DNA from: Candidatus Obscuribacteraceae bacterium
GTDB taxonomy: Bacteria; Cyanobacteriota; Vampirovibrionia; Obscuribacterales; Obscuribacteraceae
Length of the DNA: 64,000 nt
Assembly (NCBI GenBank): GCA_044226015.1
Contig: JBGAHS010000003.1
Coordinates: 352,001 to 416,000 of the forward strand
Reading direction: 5' to 3'
In this document: positions 49,627 through 58,978 of the stretch, in pieces
Numbering within the stretch: the first letter of the stretch is position 1
How the letters are laid out: every line of letters starts with the position of its first letter
Notes under the pieces: model-generated
The model's database searches: none
Seen by the model: only the letters and a program-made list of their open reading frames with translations
What the model was told of the DNA's origin: nothing
Position numbers and translations under genes: made by a program

Positions 49627-50705
49627 TAGCGAGTCTCCTGCTTTGAAGTTCTTGAAGAAAACAGAGCAGGGGCGAGCATACACAGCTGCCCCGCAAGAAT
49701 CGCCAGGAAGGCGAGTGTCGTCGGCACACGAAAGAGGTCTTCGGTGTTGCGTCGGGTTTGAGTTTCCAACGCGAAGTCCTCAGCGTAGAGCCGGAAATCA
49801 GCCAGCGAATCAATTTGGATGTACTGAGCATCCAACTTCTTCGCCATCTTGCGCAGCGACTCGTCATCGCGCGCGGTCATCTGCGTCTGCCCATCGAGCA
49901 CAAGCAGAGTCTTGCCGTTCATCTGCATCTGGTCTCGTTCACCAAGCTGAGCGACCGGAATCGCAACTGGCGCACGCCCACCCATGCCAACGAGAAGAAC
50001 GCGAACGTTCTTACGTGCAAGCTCGGTTTTCAGCTCGGCAAACTTCGGCGACTCATCATCAAAGCCGCCGTCAGAGAACAGCACGATGACACGCTGACGC
50101 CCGTCCCTGGCGTCAACATCCATGTAATGTAGCGCCATCGCAAGACCAGCCTCGACGTTGGCGCCCTCGCCGCGAGCCGAGCCAATGCGCATGCTGTTCT
50201 CAATGACATACGTCAGCGCCTTGTAGTCATCTCCCAGGTAAGCCTGGTCGAATGCCTCACCAGCGAAGCTGACGATGCCGATGCGGTTGCGCGCAAGCGT
50301 TGGAATCAACTTGTCGCGAATGATTTGCCGCACCATGTCCAGCCGAGTTCCACCAGCAAGCGCATCACGGCTGGTTTGACCGGCATAGTCCTGTGCTGCC
50401 ATACTGCGGCTCACGTCGGAGACGCAGACGACATCCAGGGTGCCCTGTGGGAACTGCACGCTCTCCGACAGACGCTTAGGTCGCGCAAGAGCGACTGCCC
50501 CAAAGAGCAGCCCGCAAAGCAGCAGTGCGCAGACCAGCACGTAGCGCTGGCTGCTGATGACGTTTGACGATGCTGCAATCAGCTGCGGGTCGCCGTAGGC
50601 TGATGTGCTCGCGCGATAGGTGTTCCAAGCCTGGCGCAGCATCAGCCCGGACAAGATCACCGCCGGTACGCTCAGGCAGAGCGACCAAAGATTTTCGAAG
50701 TACAT
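49626..50705 (-). CDS. Membrane vWA domain protein (MxaL/BatB-like)
   Basis: ALARP, DVSRSM MIDAS, RIGIVSFAG, LFSDGG; GGAGGAG RBS before MYFEN. Confidence 0.88.
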   Translation of the reverse strand: MYFENLWSLCLSVPAVILSGLMLRQAWNTYRASTSAYGDPQLIAASSNVISSQRYVLVCALLLCGLLFGAVALARPKRLSESVQFPQGTLDVVCVSDVSRSMAAQDYAGQTSRDALAGGTRLDMVRQIIRDKLIPTLARNRIGIVSFAGEAFDQAYLGDDYKALTYVIENSMRIGSARGEGANVEAGLAMALHYMDVDARDGRQRVIVLFSDGGFDDESPKFAELKTELARKNVRVLLVGMGGRAPVAIPVAQLGERDQMQMNGKTLLVLDGQTQMTARDDESLRKMAKKLDAQYIQIDSLADFRLYAEDFALETQTRRNTEDLFRVPTTLAFLAILAGQLCMLAPALFSSRTSKQETR

Positions 50706-50730
50706 AAGTCTCTCCTCCTCACGTTCGGGG

Positions 50731-51252
50731 TTATATCTTCTTTTTGGGCGCGCCAGATTTCTCCGACTTGCCTGAGCCACCTTCGCCACCGGACTTCTGC
50801 GAATCTTGCAGCTTTTCCAGGTTGTAGATGGTGTAGAGGTCACCTGGTACCAAACGCAAGCTCTCCTCGTAAGCAGCGACTGCGTCGTCGGTTTTGCCCA
50901 GATTGAACTGGCTGTTGCCGATGTAAAACTGGGCACGAGCAGCGAGTTCGCGTTGCGATTCGCGCACGGCACCGCTTCGGTCGACACAGCCGGCGTAGAC
51001 TTGCGTCATGACCTTCCGGCAGGTGTCATAGTCGTGGTCGCGATAGCAGCTGAGCGCGTGGTTGTACTGCGCCACCGGGCTGTCGACCAGGACTTCATTG
51101 CGCGTGGCGAGCTCGTAGTCGCCTCGCATCATCGGAAGGTCGAATTGCACCATCCGAAAACCGCAGTAGACGAGCACGCCGAGGCTGCTCAGCATCAGAA
51201 TCCAGGCGCCGGGAACCAGCGCCACGGGAAGGAACCGCTTGACGGTCTTCAT
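50731..51252 (-). CDS. TPR protein (MxaK/BatC-like)
   Basis: FYIGNS.F..G..A..AYEESLRL.P.D...YNLE. Confidence 0.8.
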   Translation of the reverse strand: MKTVKRFLPVALVPGAWILMLSSLGVLVYCGFRMVQFDLPMMRGDYELATRNEVLVDSPVAQYNHALSCYRDHDYDTCRKVMTQVYAGCVDRSGAVRESQRELAARAQFYIGNSQFNLGKTDDAVAAYEESLRLVPGDLYTIYNLEKLQDSQKSGGEGGSGKSEKSGAPKKKI

Positions 51253-51274
51253 GAGAGTCTCCTTGTTGTTAGGC

Positions 51275-52285
51275 TCAGAGCCCGAGTAGAGCTATGAGCG
51301 AGAAGGACCAGAGGAAAATCAGCAGGAATCCCGCGACAAGCGGGTACTGGTACAACTCTTGAAAGTTGTTGTAGGACGTGACGCTGACCGGACCGCGTTC
51401 GAGCTGGTCGATTGTCTGAAAGCATTTCTGCATGTCATCAGACTTCTCAACCAGGAAAACGCAATTCTCGCCACCGTCCATGTAATCGCGGGCCAGGCGC
51501 TTGATGTCCACTTCCTTTGTGGCAAGAGTCTGTCCGACGCCCACGACATAGAGCTTGACCTTGTGCTTTTTCAGCAGAACGCTGAGGCGCTGCAAGTGCT
51601 CGTCGCCAAGTTCGTCCTCACCGTCAGTGACGAGGATGAGCACTCGGGCAGGCGATTCTCCGAACTCACGCAGGTGAGCACAGGCCATGTCGATAGGACC
51701 AGGTCCCTTGGCACCGAAATTGGTACCACTTCCCAGCACCTTCTCTCCCAGCAAATTGCTCGGCAGGAAGTCAGTGCGATAGAAGATTTGTTTGAGGTCG
51801 CTGGTCAGCGGCCAGGCAAGCCGTGGGGAATCGTCGAATAGAACCAAACCGATGCGGTCACCGGTTTTCAGCTCGTGCCGATTCTGAGCAAAACTCAAGA
51901 TAGCATCTTGAGCCGCATCAATCCGGCGAGCAGGTTTGTTACCGTTGCGATGCAGCGGCGACTCATAGCCGGGCAGCGTCGCACCCATCGAGCCCGAGTA
52001 GTCTTCCGCGATGACGATGTCTCGCGCCATCACTTGCTCGGTAGACTCGGCTTTGAACACGCGTGGACCAGCGACGGCCACGGCAACGCAGATCAGCGCA
52101 AGGCTAGCCAGCGTCAACGGAAGGTACGGCATGAACAGCACGAGCTGAACCGCCTTATTGTCTTCGTTGAATCCGACGCCTGAGTGCCCCAGGTAGTTCA
52201 CAATGCGCCGCATGCGCAGTCGAACATACCAGAGGGTCGGTACCAGCGCGATGAGCGCCAGCCACCATGGTTGTGCAAAATGCAT
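51275..52285 (-). CDS. Membrane vWA domain protein (MxaC/BatA-like)
   Basis: MHFAQPWWL BatA-type N-terminus, DYSGSM MIDAS, DRIGLVLF, GTN, VTDGED. Confidence 0.9.
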   Translation of the reverse strand: MHFAQPWWLALIALVPTLWYVRLRMRRIVNYLGHSGVGFNEDNKAVQLVLFMPYLPLTLASLALICVAVAVAGPRVFKAESTEQVMARDIVIAEDYSGSMGATLPGYESPLHRNGNKPARRIDAAQDAILSFAQNRHELKTGDRIGLVLFDDSPRLAWPLTSDLKQIFYRTDFLPSNLLGEKVLGSGTNFGAKGPGPIDMACAHLREFGESPARVLILVTDGEDELGDEHLQRLSVLLKKHKVKLYVVGVGQTLATKEVDIKRLARDYMDGGENCVFLVEKSDDMQKCFQTIDQLERGPVSVTSYNNFQELYQYPLVAGFLLIFLWSFSLIALLGL

Positions 52286-52443
52286 GTTGTGCCTTTCAAG
52301 AAAGAGGTTGTTTCAGAAAAAGCTCTCACCGAAATGCTCCAATCCTGAGCAAATCAGCGAACAAGTTGTGTTGGTTGCGGAAACGAAATCAGTTTTTGGG
52401 TTTCTGCCCTTTCAATCTGGAGGTGGTTTTAGCGATATACCTC

Positions 52444-52474
52444 ACCCTACGCCAGAGAGGGTTTTACGGCTCAA
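52444..52474 (-). promoter_or_regulatory. Candidate promoter TTGAGC-N19-TAGGGT heading array 1
   Basis: Same -10-like hexamer and 19-bp spacing as 57393-57423. Confidence 0.4.
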
Positions 52475-52834
52475 TTAGCAATTTCTAACACTTTTTCACC
52501 CCCCGACACGGTGGCGCATTCACGCCAGGACCGGAGAGCACCTCAGAGCGAGAACTCCCAGGCTGATAGCTAGTGCCACATGAGCTGCTGCAACAGTGGG
52601 GCCACGGCGTCACAATGAGAAGCCTGCACAGCTCACGCGTGGTGCTATCACGCCACAGTGGGACAAACCGATCCCCCCCCTCAGGCGAGCAGCCCCAGCC
52701 CCGCTACATCAGGTGGGCGCAAGCAGGAATCACAAGCGGGCACGCATGCAGAGATTCACAACCAGGCACGCACAAGCAGGTGTGGGCACGCAAAATTCTC
52801 CACTTCGCAGAAGACTAAGAGGCTTTCGAGTACT

Positions 52835-54151
52835 TTATATCGCCCCTAGCGCCTCTTCAAAGATGCGCAGACCTTCATTTAGCTCTTCCTTGCTTACATT
52901 CAAAGGCGGCAAAAATCTGATGATGTGGTCATAAGAGCCGCAGTCGAGCAATAGCAATTTGCGCTTCATGCACTCATCGACCAGCTTGCCCAAACGCTCA
53001 CCATCTGGTTCACCATTCTCTTTGATGAGTTCAATTCCAACCATCAACCCGAGACCTCGAACATCACCGATAAAAGGAAATTTGAGCTGCATTTCTCGAA
53101 CTCGAGAGGTCAGATAGGCGCCAAGCGTTTTGGCATTTTCGACCAGCTTTTCTTCTTCGATGACTTTTATGCTAGCAAGCGCTGCGGCAGAGGCGACCGG
53201 ATTGCCACCATATGTGCTACCATGCTTCCCAGGCGGCCACTTCTTCATATGCTCAGATCTGGCGATAATTCCTGCCATAGGGAACCCAGATGCAATGCCT
53301 TTTGCAACAACCATAACATCTGGCACTACATTCCAGTGATTTACGGCAAACCATTCTCCAGTTCGCCCAAAGCCAGTTTGCACTTCATCCACAATCATCA
53401 ATATCCCGTGTTTGTCGCACACTTCACGCAGCCTTTGGAAATAAGGCGCTTTCTCACCTTTATACGAAGACCCTGCAACGGTGTAACCGCCCTCACCCAA
53501 TTGCGGTTCGATGATGATCGCGGCGACACTTTCAGGCTTGACGAAAAGCTTGAAAGCACGCTCAATAAGATCAAAACATTCCATCTCGCAAGCGCCTGGC
53601 TTTTGCGAAACAGGACAACGATAACAATAGGCATATGGTATGTGCTGAATGCCGCTCGGCAAAGGCTCATAGCCATCTCTATAGTGTGACTTTGAGGAGG
53701 TTAAGGCAGTGCCGAGTAATGTTCGACCGTGAAACGCACCGGCAAAAGAAATCACATTGCTGCGGCCAGTCACGTAACGCGCCATCTTTATGGCAGCATC
53801 AATCGCTTCTCCACCACTATTATTCAAGAAAACTGTGTCAAGATTGCCCGGAGCAATCTCGGCAATCTTCTCTGCCAGCTTGATTAAGGGCTCGTGTGTC
53901 ATCACCATAGAACAGTGAATCAACTTATCCATTTGTTCCTTTGCAGCGGCTGTAACTTTCGGATGGCAATGCCCAACATTGTTTACGGCAATACCTGAAG
54001 TAAAATCGAGGTATCTCTCACCATTAACATCCCAAACATAAGAGCCCTTTCCGTGGCTTGCAACAAGGTCAAAAGCTCTGGCATTCGTCGATGACACATG
54101 CTTTGCCGATCTTTCAAGCCATTCCTTGTTTTTATCTTGTACTGCGCTCAC
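52835..54151 (-). CDS. Class III PLP aminotransferase (4-aminobutyrate aminotransferase-like)
   Basis: YLDFTSGIAV..GHCHP, FHGRT, EPQLGEGG, DEVQTGFGRTG, AKGIASG, STYGGNP. Confidence 0.92.
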   Translation of the reverse strand: MSAVQDKNKEWLERSAKHVSSTNARAFDLVASHGKGSYVWDVNGERYLDFTSGIAVNNVGHCHPKVTAAAKEQMDKLIHCSMVMTHEPLIKLAEKIAEIAPGNLDTVFLNNSGGEAIDAAIKMARYVTGRSNVISFAGAFHGRTLLGTALTSSKSHYRDGYEPLPSGIQHIPYAYCYRCPVSQKPGACEMECFDLIERAFKLFVKPESVAAIIIEPQLGEGGYTVAGSSYKGEKAPYFQRLREVCDKHGILMIVDEVQTGFGRTGEWFAVNHWNVVPDVMVVAKGIASGFPMAGIIARSEHMKKWPPGKHGSTYGGNPVASAAALASIKVIEEEKLVENAKTLGAYLTSRVREMQLKFPFIGDVRGLGLMVGIELIKENGEPDGERLGKLVDECMKRKLLLLDCGSYDHIIRFLPPLNVSKEELNEGLRIFEEALGAI

Positions 54152-54161
54152 GACTTTCTCC

Positions 54162-55526
54162 TTACGACAATTTGGTCAATTTTGCTACGCCATTCGAGAT
54201 GCTCTTCACGGTTGAATTCAACTTACTTAGAAGCTCAAGCAACTCACTTTCCGTTATATTCAAAGGTGGTGCAATAATTACATGATCACCTTTAATTCCA
54301 TCAACCGATCCTGCGCCCGGATAGACCATTAAGCCAAGCCGCATAGCCTCTGCAGCAAAACGCTGAGACATTCTCAGTTCAGACGGAAATGGCATTTTAT
54401 TTTTTTGTTCTGAAACGAATTCCAGCCCCCAGAGGAAGCCACGTCCTCTGACATCACCAATGATACCATGTTCATAAAGCTCCGATAACCCCTTCGCAAG
54501 GGTACCTTCAAGGGTTTTCACATTTGCTAGAAGCTCTTCCCTTTGAACATATCTCATTACCGCAAGACCAGCAGCACAGGAAACCGGATGAGCACTGTAT
54601 GTAAATCCATGTTCAAATACTCCGTTTCCTCTTTGAAAAGCATCTACAATCGTTGCCGAAGCCAGCACCGCAGATAGTGGCATATAGCCAGCAGCGAGTC
54701 CCTTGCCGAGCACGACAATGTCAGCCTCTACACCAAAAGACGATAGAGAGTGATATTCACCTGTTCTGCCCAAACCTGTCATAACTTCATCAGCTATCAT
54801 CAAAACAGAATGCTTATCACAAACCTGCCGAACCAATTTGAAATAGCCAGGGTGCGGTTCCACAGCGCCAAGGGCAGCACCAACAATTGGTTCAGCTATG
54901 AAAGCAAGCACATTTTGCGCACCAATTGCTTCAATTCGCTGATCAAGCTCGACTGCCAGCTGTTTTGCGCATTCCTCCGAAGCACAAACACCATCAACCT
55001 GACACTTACATCTATAAGGATAGCTAGCCGACACATGATTGCTGTCAGCAAGTAAAGGCAAATAAGGCTTGCGCCTTGGAGAATGACCGGTTGCAGACAG
55101 CGCGCCAATGGTACTGCCGTGATAACTTCCTTTGCGAGAAATCACAATCCTCTTTTGATATTGGGTTGATTCAAAATAATAATCTCGCGCAAGCTTTATC
55201 GCAGTCTCTATTGCTTCTGAACCTCCAGATGCAAAATAAACCCTGCCATTTTTGAAGCGCCGAGGCGCTATTCCAATCAAAAGCTCTGCTAAAGCAAGAG
55301 CTGGCTCTGAAACAAACTGAGAGGTGTGGGCAAACGCAACTTTTTGGAGTTGTTCATTAATAGCTTCATTTATCTCAGCCACATTGTGTCCAATGTTTGC
55401 AGAAACAGCGCCGCTGCATCCGTCTAGATATTTCTTGCCGTTAGTATCGGTTAGCCAGACGCCATTCCCGGAAGAGATAGTTGGGTACTCTTTTTTCAGG
55501 TTTCTATAGAAGAATGATTTGCTCAT
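54162..55526 (-). CDS. Class III PLP aminotransferase (omega-amine/BioA-like subgroup)
   Basis: YLDGCSGA, SGGSEAIE, SYHGST, DEVMTGLGRTG, GKGLAAGY, HGFTYSAHP. Confidence 0.92.
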   Translation of the reverse strand: MSKSFFYRNLKKEYPTISSGNGVWLTDTNGKKYLDGCSGAVSANIGHNVAEINEAINEQLQKVAFAHTSQFVSEPALALAELLIGIAPRRFKNGRVYFASGGSEAIETAIKLARDYYFESTQYQKRIVISRKGSYHGSTIGALSATGHSPRRKPYLPLLADSNHVSASYPYRCKCQVDGVCASEECAKQLAVELDQRIEAIGAQNVLAFIAEPIVGAALGAVEPHPGYFKLVRQVCDKHSVLMIADEVMTGLGRTGEYHSLSSFGVEADIVVLGKGLAAGYMPLSAVLASATIVDAFQRGNGVFEHGFTYSAHPVSCAAGLAVMRYVQREELLANVKTLEGTLAKGLSELYEHGIIGDVRGRGFLWGLEFVSEQKNKMPFPSELRMSQRFAAEAMRLGLMVYPGAGSVDGIKGDHVIIAPPLNITESELLELLSKLNSTVKSISNGVAKLTKLS

Positions 55527-55766
55527 TCAGATTAACTCCAGAGTCTGTAAGTCCCCTATTATGCCAATACCTAGCGCAACTGGCATTTATCGTTACTCAG
55601 CTTCCTTACGTGGAAACCGCAGAAAAAAAATATTGAGATCTCACAACTTTGTCAGTAATTCCCAATACCATTACTTGCAGGCTGGTACTTTTGACTTTCA
55701 ACAAAGCCAAAAAGTGGTAAAGACTTGGATTGACGGAGGTGACGAGATAATTCTCGTCAAGTATAA

Positions 55767-56678
55767 ATGTACCGCCATATAATTGAAGAACTACAAATAC
55801 AAACGGATCGTTATGAGTCCTGGCTAGCTGCAGAACAACTTTCTGCCCAAACTCGCCGCGCATATATCTCGCGTATCAAAGGATTCAAGGCATTTCTCGA
55901 AACTTGCGAAGTGCCACAGGTTGATGACAAAGCAAAAGCTTTACGTGAAATTGCACAAAAATATCATGACCATCTCGCTATGGCGAATGGTGCAAAACCC
56001 AGTTCCATCAATGCATCCATAACTGCAGTCTACAGCTATTACGCGTTCTTGGGTTACACAGTTCCTCCAGTGTTGAGAGACTGGGTACTCAAAACAGAGC
56101 CTCGCGTGCTATCTATAGAAGAGCAGGAACGATTGCTGCAAGCCATTTCAGCACAGTCTTCCATCAGAGACAAAGCGATGCTAACGCTGCTTCTCTATAC
56201 TGGAATTCGCATTGGCGAATGTCGTGAGCTAACCGTCGAGAATGTTGAAATCTCTGCCCATCAAGGCAGAATAATTGTCAGCTCTCGCGGACGCAGCCGC
56301 AAAATTCCATTGAACGAAGTGACACGCCAGTCAATTCTGCAATGGCTCATAGAACGCACTCGCAAATTTGGTGAAGGAGAGAAAACTCCGCTTTTTCCAA
56401 ATAAGACAGGCGAATTCATGACGCGCGCAGCTATTGATGAAGTCGTGCGCAAAGTCGGTCGCACAGCACATATGAACATTTGCGCTCAAGTTTTGCGAAA
56501 CACATTCTTAAGTGCCATGCTTGAAAAAGGTAGCGCAGTTGAGCTCGTCGCAGAACTAGGCGGACAGGCAAAACTTGAACATGTGCGCCGCTTCCGCAAG
56601 GAAAAATGCGAAAACATCGATGGTGGCATTTTCAGCCCCACTTGGAACACAACAGCGAACTTCTCTCTTGTTCCGTAA
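55767..56678 (+). CDS. XerC/D-like tyrosine recombinase homolog with degenerate active site
   Basis: SAQTRRAY N-domain, RDKAM..LLYTGIRIGE; HxxR becomes QVLR, LGH becomes GGQ, catalytic Tyr position is Phe. Confidence 0.8.
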   Translation: MYRHIIEELQIQTDRYESWLAAEQLSAQTRRAYISRIKGFKAFLETCEVPQVDDKAKALREIAQKYHDHLAMANGAKPSSINASITAVYSYYAFLGYTVPPVLRDWVLKTEPRVLSIEEQERLLQAISAQSSIRDKAMLTLLLYTGIRIGECRELTVENVEISAHQGRIIVSSRGRSRKIPLNEVTRQSILQWLIERTRKFGEGEKTPLFPNKTGEFMTRAAIDEVVRKVGRTAHMNICAQVLRNTFLSAMLEKGSAVELVAELGGQAKLEHVRRFRKEKCENIDGGIFSPTWNTTANFSLVP

Positions 56679-56701
56679 GAAATAAAACACCGTGCAAGGG
56701 T

Positions 56702-57211
56702 TCAGACAATAGAACCTGTCTTCTGCGCTTGCCTGATTTGCCAGCGCTCGCGCAGAAGATAAAGCACCATGCCATTCGGCGTAATGCTTTGATTTGAATT
56801 TCGAAACGCCACTCGGTCTAATTCGAAGGCTTCACAGGCAAAACTTACTATAGCTCCGCTTCGCGAAACTCCTGCCACACAGTTAGCGTACAAGGTTTCC
56901 GGCTCTGGTCGAGCATGACAGAGTTCAAGAAACTGAATAATTTTGTCCGCCAATTTTTCATCGAAACTGACAATCGGTCGACCCAGTTCTTCTTGCAGAC
57001 GCGGCAAAATCGCCATATGTTCGGGACGCACATCTTCGAAGTATGTAGATAACCAGCGCTCAGAATCGCTCGGCCAGGAAAGGTCGGGGTCTTCATGGCG
57101 CAAACTCTCTGGCGTAACACTGATGAAGCAATTTTCTCGCAACAAATCATCTCTGTGGCAGAGAAGCGACTTCATCTCTCGAAAGCTCATTGCTTTGGCA
57201 GAAGTTATCAC
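56702..57211 (-). CDS. Predicted protein-tyrosine/dual-specificity phosphatase
   Basis: CX5R loop NCVAGVSRSGA, FED acid loop, PN..V motif. Confidence 0.85.
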   Translation of the reverse strand: MITSAKAMSFREMKSLLCHRDDLLRENCFISVTPESLRHEDPDLSWPSDSERWLSTYFEDVRPEHMAILPRLQEELGRPIVSFDEKLADKIIQFLELCHARPEPETLYANCVAGVSRSGAIVSFACEAFELDRVAFRNSNQSITPNGMVLYLLRERWQIRQAQKTGSIV

Positions 57212-57392
57212 GTTTCATTCCTCGCTTTCCGCATTATAACTTTTGCCAGCTAAGCACACCTGAAATATTCTTCCCAGAACTTAGCGGCATCGTGAGTTCA
57301 TTCAGCCCGCGAGTTTAGATACTCGCACAGATATCGCTAGTGAAGCGAAGCAGCCCCAGGGTGGCACTACCACTCCCACCCCGGGGCGTTCA

Positions 57393-57423
57393 TTGACTGC
57401 AGGCGCCTGCAGCAACGTAGGGT
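57393..57423 (+). promoter_or_regulatory. Candidate MerR-type promoter TTGACT-N19-TAGGGT with perfect 16-bp dyad
   Basis: CTGCAGGCGCCTGCAG (57397-57412) overlaps the -35 box and spacer. Confidence 0.45.
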
Positions 57424-57560
57424 GGGGGCAGTTCCGATTTTTCTCACCCCCTAACCAGACCCGCCAAAACCTAACAAGCAACACGCAAATTCCAAGCATT
57501 TCCTTCTTCTCGTTGAAGACAGGGAAACACCATTTTTCACAATTTCCGAAAGGGAGAACC

Positions 57561-58337
57561 ATGCGATTTTTAAAGAACCTGCCGTACCTGACTTTCAGTC
57601 TGGTGCTGGTGAACTTTGCTGTTTTCTTTATGCAACCTGGTCTGAATACGACACCGGACTCGCCCGCTGACCTGGCTCTGCGACTCATCTGGCCTCTGCC
57701 CATCGATGTGCTGGAACGACTCTTTTCGGGCTCGCTCATCGGCACGGCGCTAGTCATACCAGGCATGGTCATACCACTGTTCATGCACGCCAACCTCGAG
57801 CACATCGTCAGCAACATGGTCGGACTTCTCGTCTTCGGCTCGTTGCTCGAGCGCGCAGTGGGAAGGAAGCGCATGTTCACGATTTACATGGTTACAGGAC
57901 TCTGTGGCCAGCTCCTGACGGTGCTTCTTAACATTCGCGGACTCGGCGCCAGCGGCGCAATCTGCGGAGTAATGGGCGCCTACCTCACGATGGTCGCCTG
58001 GCCTCCTACCATCTGGCGAGATCTCTGCAAACGCAAGTTTGTACTTGCGTTCTTCCGAGGGCTCGTCGGCTATGCATTGATTCACTTGACGCTAGGCCTG
58101 GCGCTTCAAGTGATGAGCGGCACTACCAGCGAACAAATCGAGGTTGACGGACAGGTATTCGGCGTTGGCGACGTGGTTCACCTGCTGGGCTTGCTGGCAG
58201 GCATGAGCATGACCGCCTGCGCGGCAATCCGAGATGAACGCACACGCTGGCAGCAACGCCGCAGCGAAGAAACCGTCAATCTCTCAGCTCCAACTCAAGA
58301 CCCTGAATCTACTCCCCCAACAACCGACGCGCAGTAG
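57561..58337 (+). CDS. Rhomboid family intramembrane serine protease
   Basis: FMHANLEHIVSNM, LERAVG, GASG (Ser), VHLLG (His); GGGAG RBS. Confidence 0.88.
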   Translation: MRFLKNLPYLTFSLVLVNFAVFFMQPGLNTTPDSPADLALRLIWPLPIDVLERLFSGSLIGTALVIPGMVIPLFMHANLEHIVSNMVGLLVFGSLLERAVGRKRMFTIYMVTGLCGQLLTVLLNIRGLGASGAICGVMGAYLTMVAWPPTIWRDLCKRKFVLAFFRGLVGYALIHLTLGLALQVMSGTTSEQIEVDGQVFGVGDVVHLLGLLAGMSMTACAAIRDERTRWQQRRSEETVNLSAPTQDPESTPPTTDAQ

Positions 58338-58347
58338 TCGGTTGCAA

Positions 58348-58372
58348 ACCAGGTGGCTTCGTGCTGCCTGGT
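58348..58372 (+). terminator. 10-bp hairpin between rhomboid and GNAT
   Basis: ACCAGGUGGC-UUCGU-GCUGCCUGGU, GU pairs on the plus strand. Confidence 0.5.
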
Positions 58373-58404
58373 GCTTCTTCTGCACATTATTCACGAGGTG
58401 GATC

Positions 58405-58893
58405 ATGCGATCATTCGCTACAGATCTGCGTCGCCGCCACATCGAAGAGAAAGAACGCTCATGGCTGCGAGCCGACATTCCGCAAATCGCTGAGTTGATG
58501 GAACAACTCTCGGCCGAGTATGACTCTGATTCGCAGCACGACGTCAGCGAATCTCGACGAATCAAATGGCTGCACAAAACGTTCAACGACGCGTGGCATT
58601 ACGTCCACGTTATCCGCGTGGCAGAGAAAATCGAAGCTATCGCTTGCCTCGCACGTTCGCATCTGCCCGAACTCAACGGGCTGGTTCATAGTGTTTACGT
58701 AACGCCAGAATTCCGTGACTACGGCTTCGGGCGGCGCGTCACTACGGGCGTGATCGACTACGCTCGGTCTGTGCATATGCACAGCCTGGAAATGCCAGTC
58801 AGCAAAAATCCCATCGCCAGAAAGCTCTACGAATCGCTGGGCTTCGAATACTGCGATTACGAAGGCGTTCTCTTGATGGTGAAAATTCTCTAG
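58405..58893 (+). CDS. GNAT family N-acetyltransferase
   Basis: VYVTPEFRDYGFG (motif A), NPIARKLYESLGF; GAGGTG RBS. Confidence 0.88.
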   Translation: MRSFATDLRRRHIEEKERSWLRADIPQIAELMEQLSAEYDSDSQHDVSESRRIKWLHKTFNDAWHYVHVIRVAEKIEAIACLARSHLPELNGLVHSVYVTPEFRDYGFGRRVTTGVIDYARSVHMHSLEMPVSKNPIARKLYESLGFEYCDYEGVLLMVKIL

Positions 58894-58905
58894 CAGAGCA
58901 AGTAA

Positions 58906-58936
58906 AACCAGCACTATCACGGCGATAGTGCTGGTT
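58906..58936 (+). terminator. Perfect 13-bp hairpin between GNAT and HAD
   Basis: AACCAGCACTATC-acggc-GATAGTGCTGGTT. Confidence 0.6.
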
Positions 58937-58978
58937 GCTCTGCTTTCGAAACCTCCGCCGTGATAGGACACCGAAATC

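Noticed and set aside
46603..52285. Prophage
   Set aside because: No terminase, capsid, tail or lysis genes and no att duplication found
52520..52545. SRP RNA-like CCAGGACCGGAGAGCA
   Set aside because: Lacks the GNRA loop and complete helix-8 symmetric loop; no long enclosing stem
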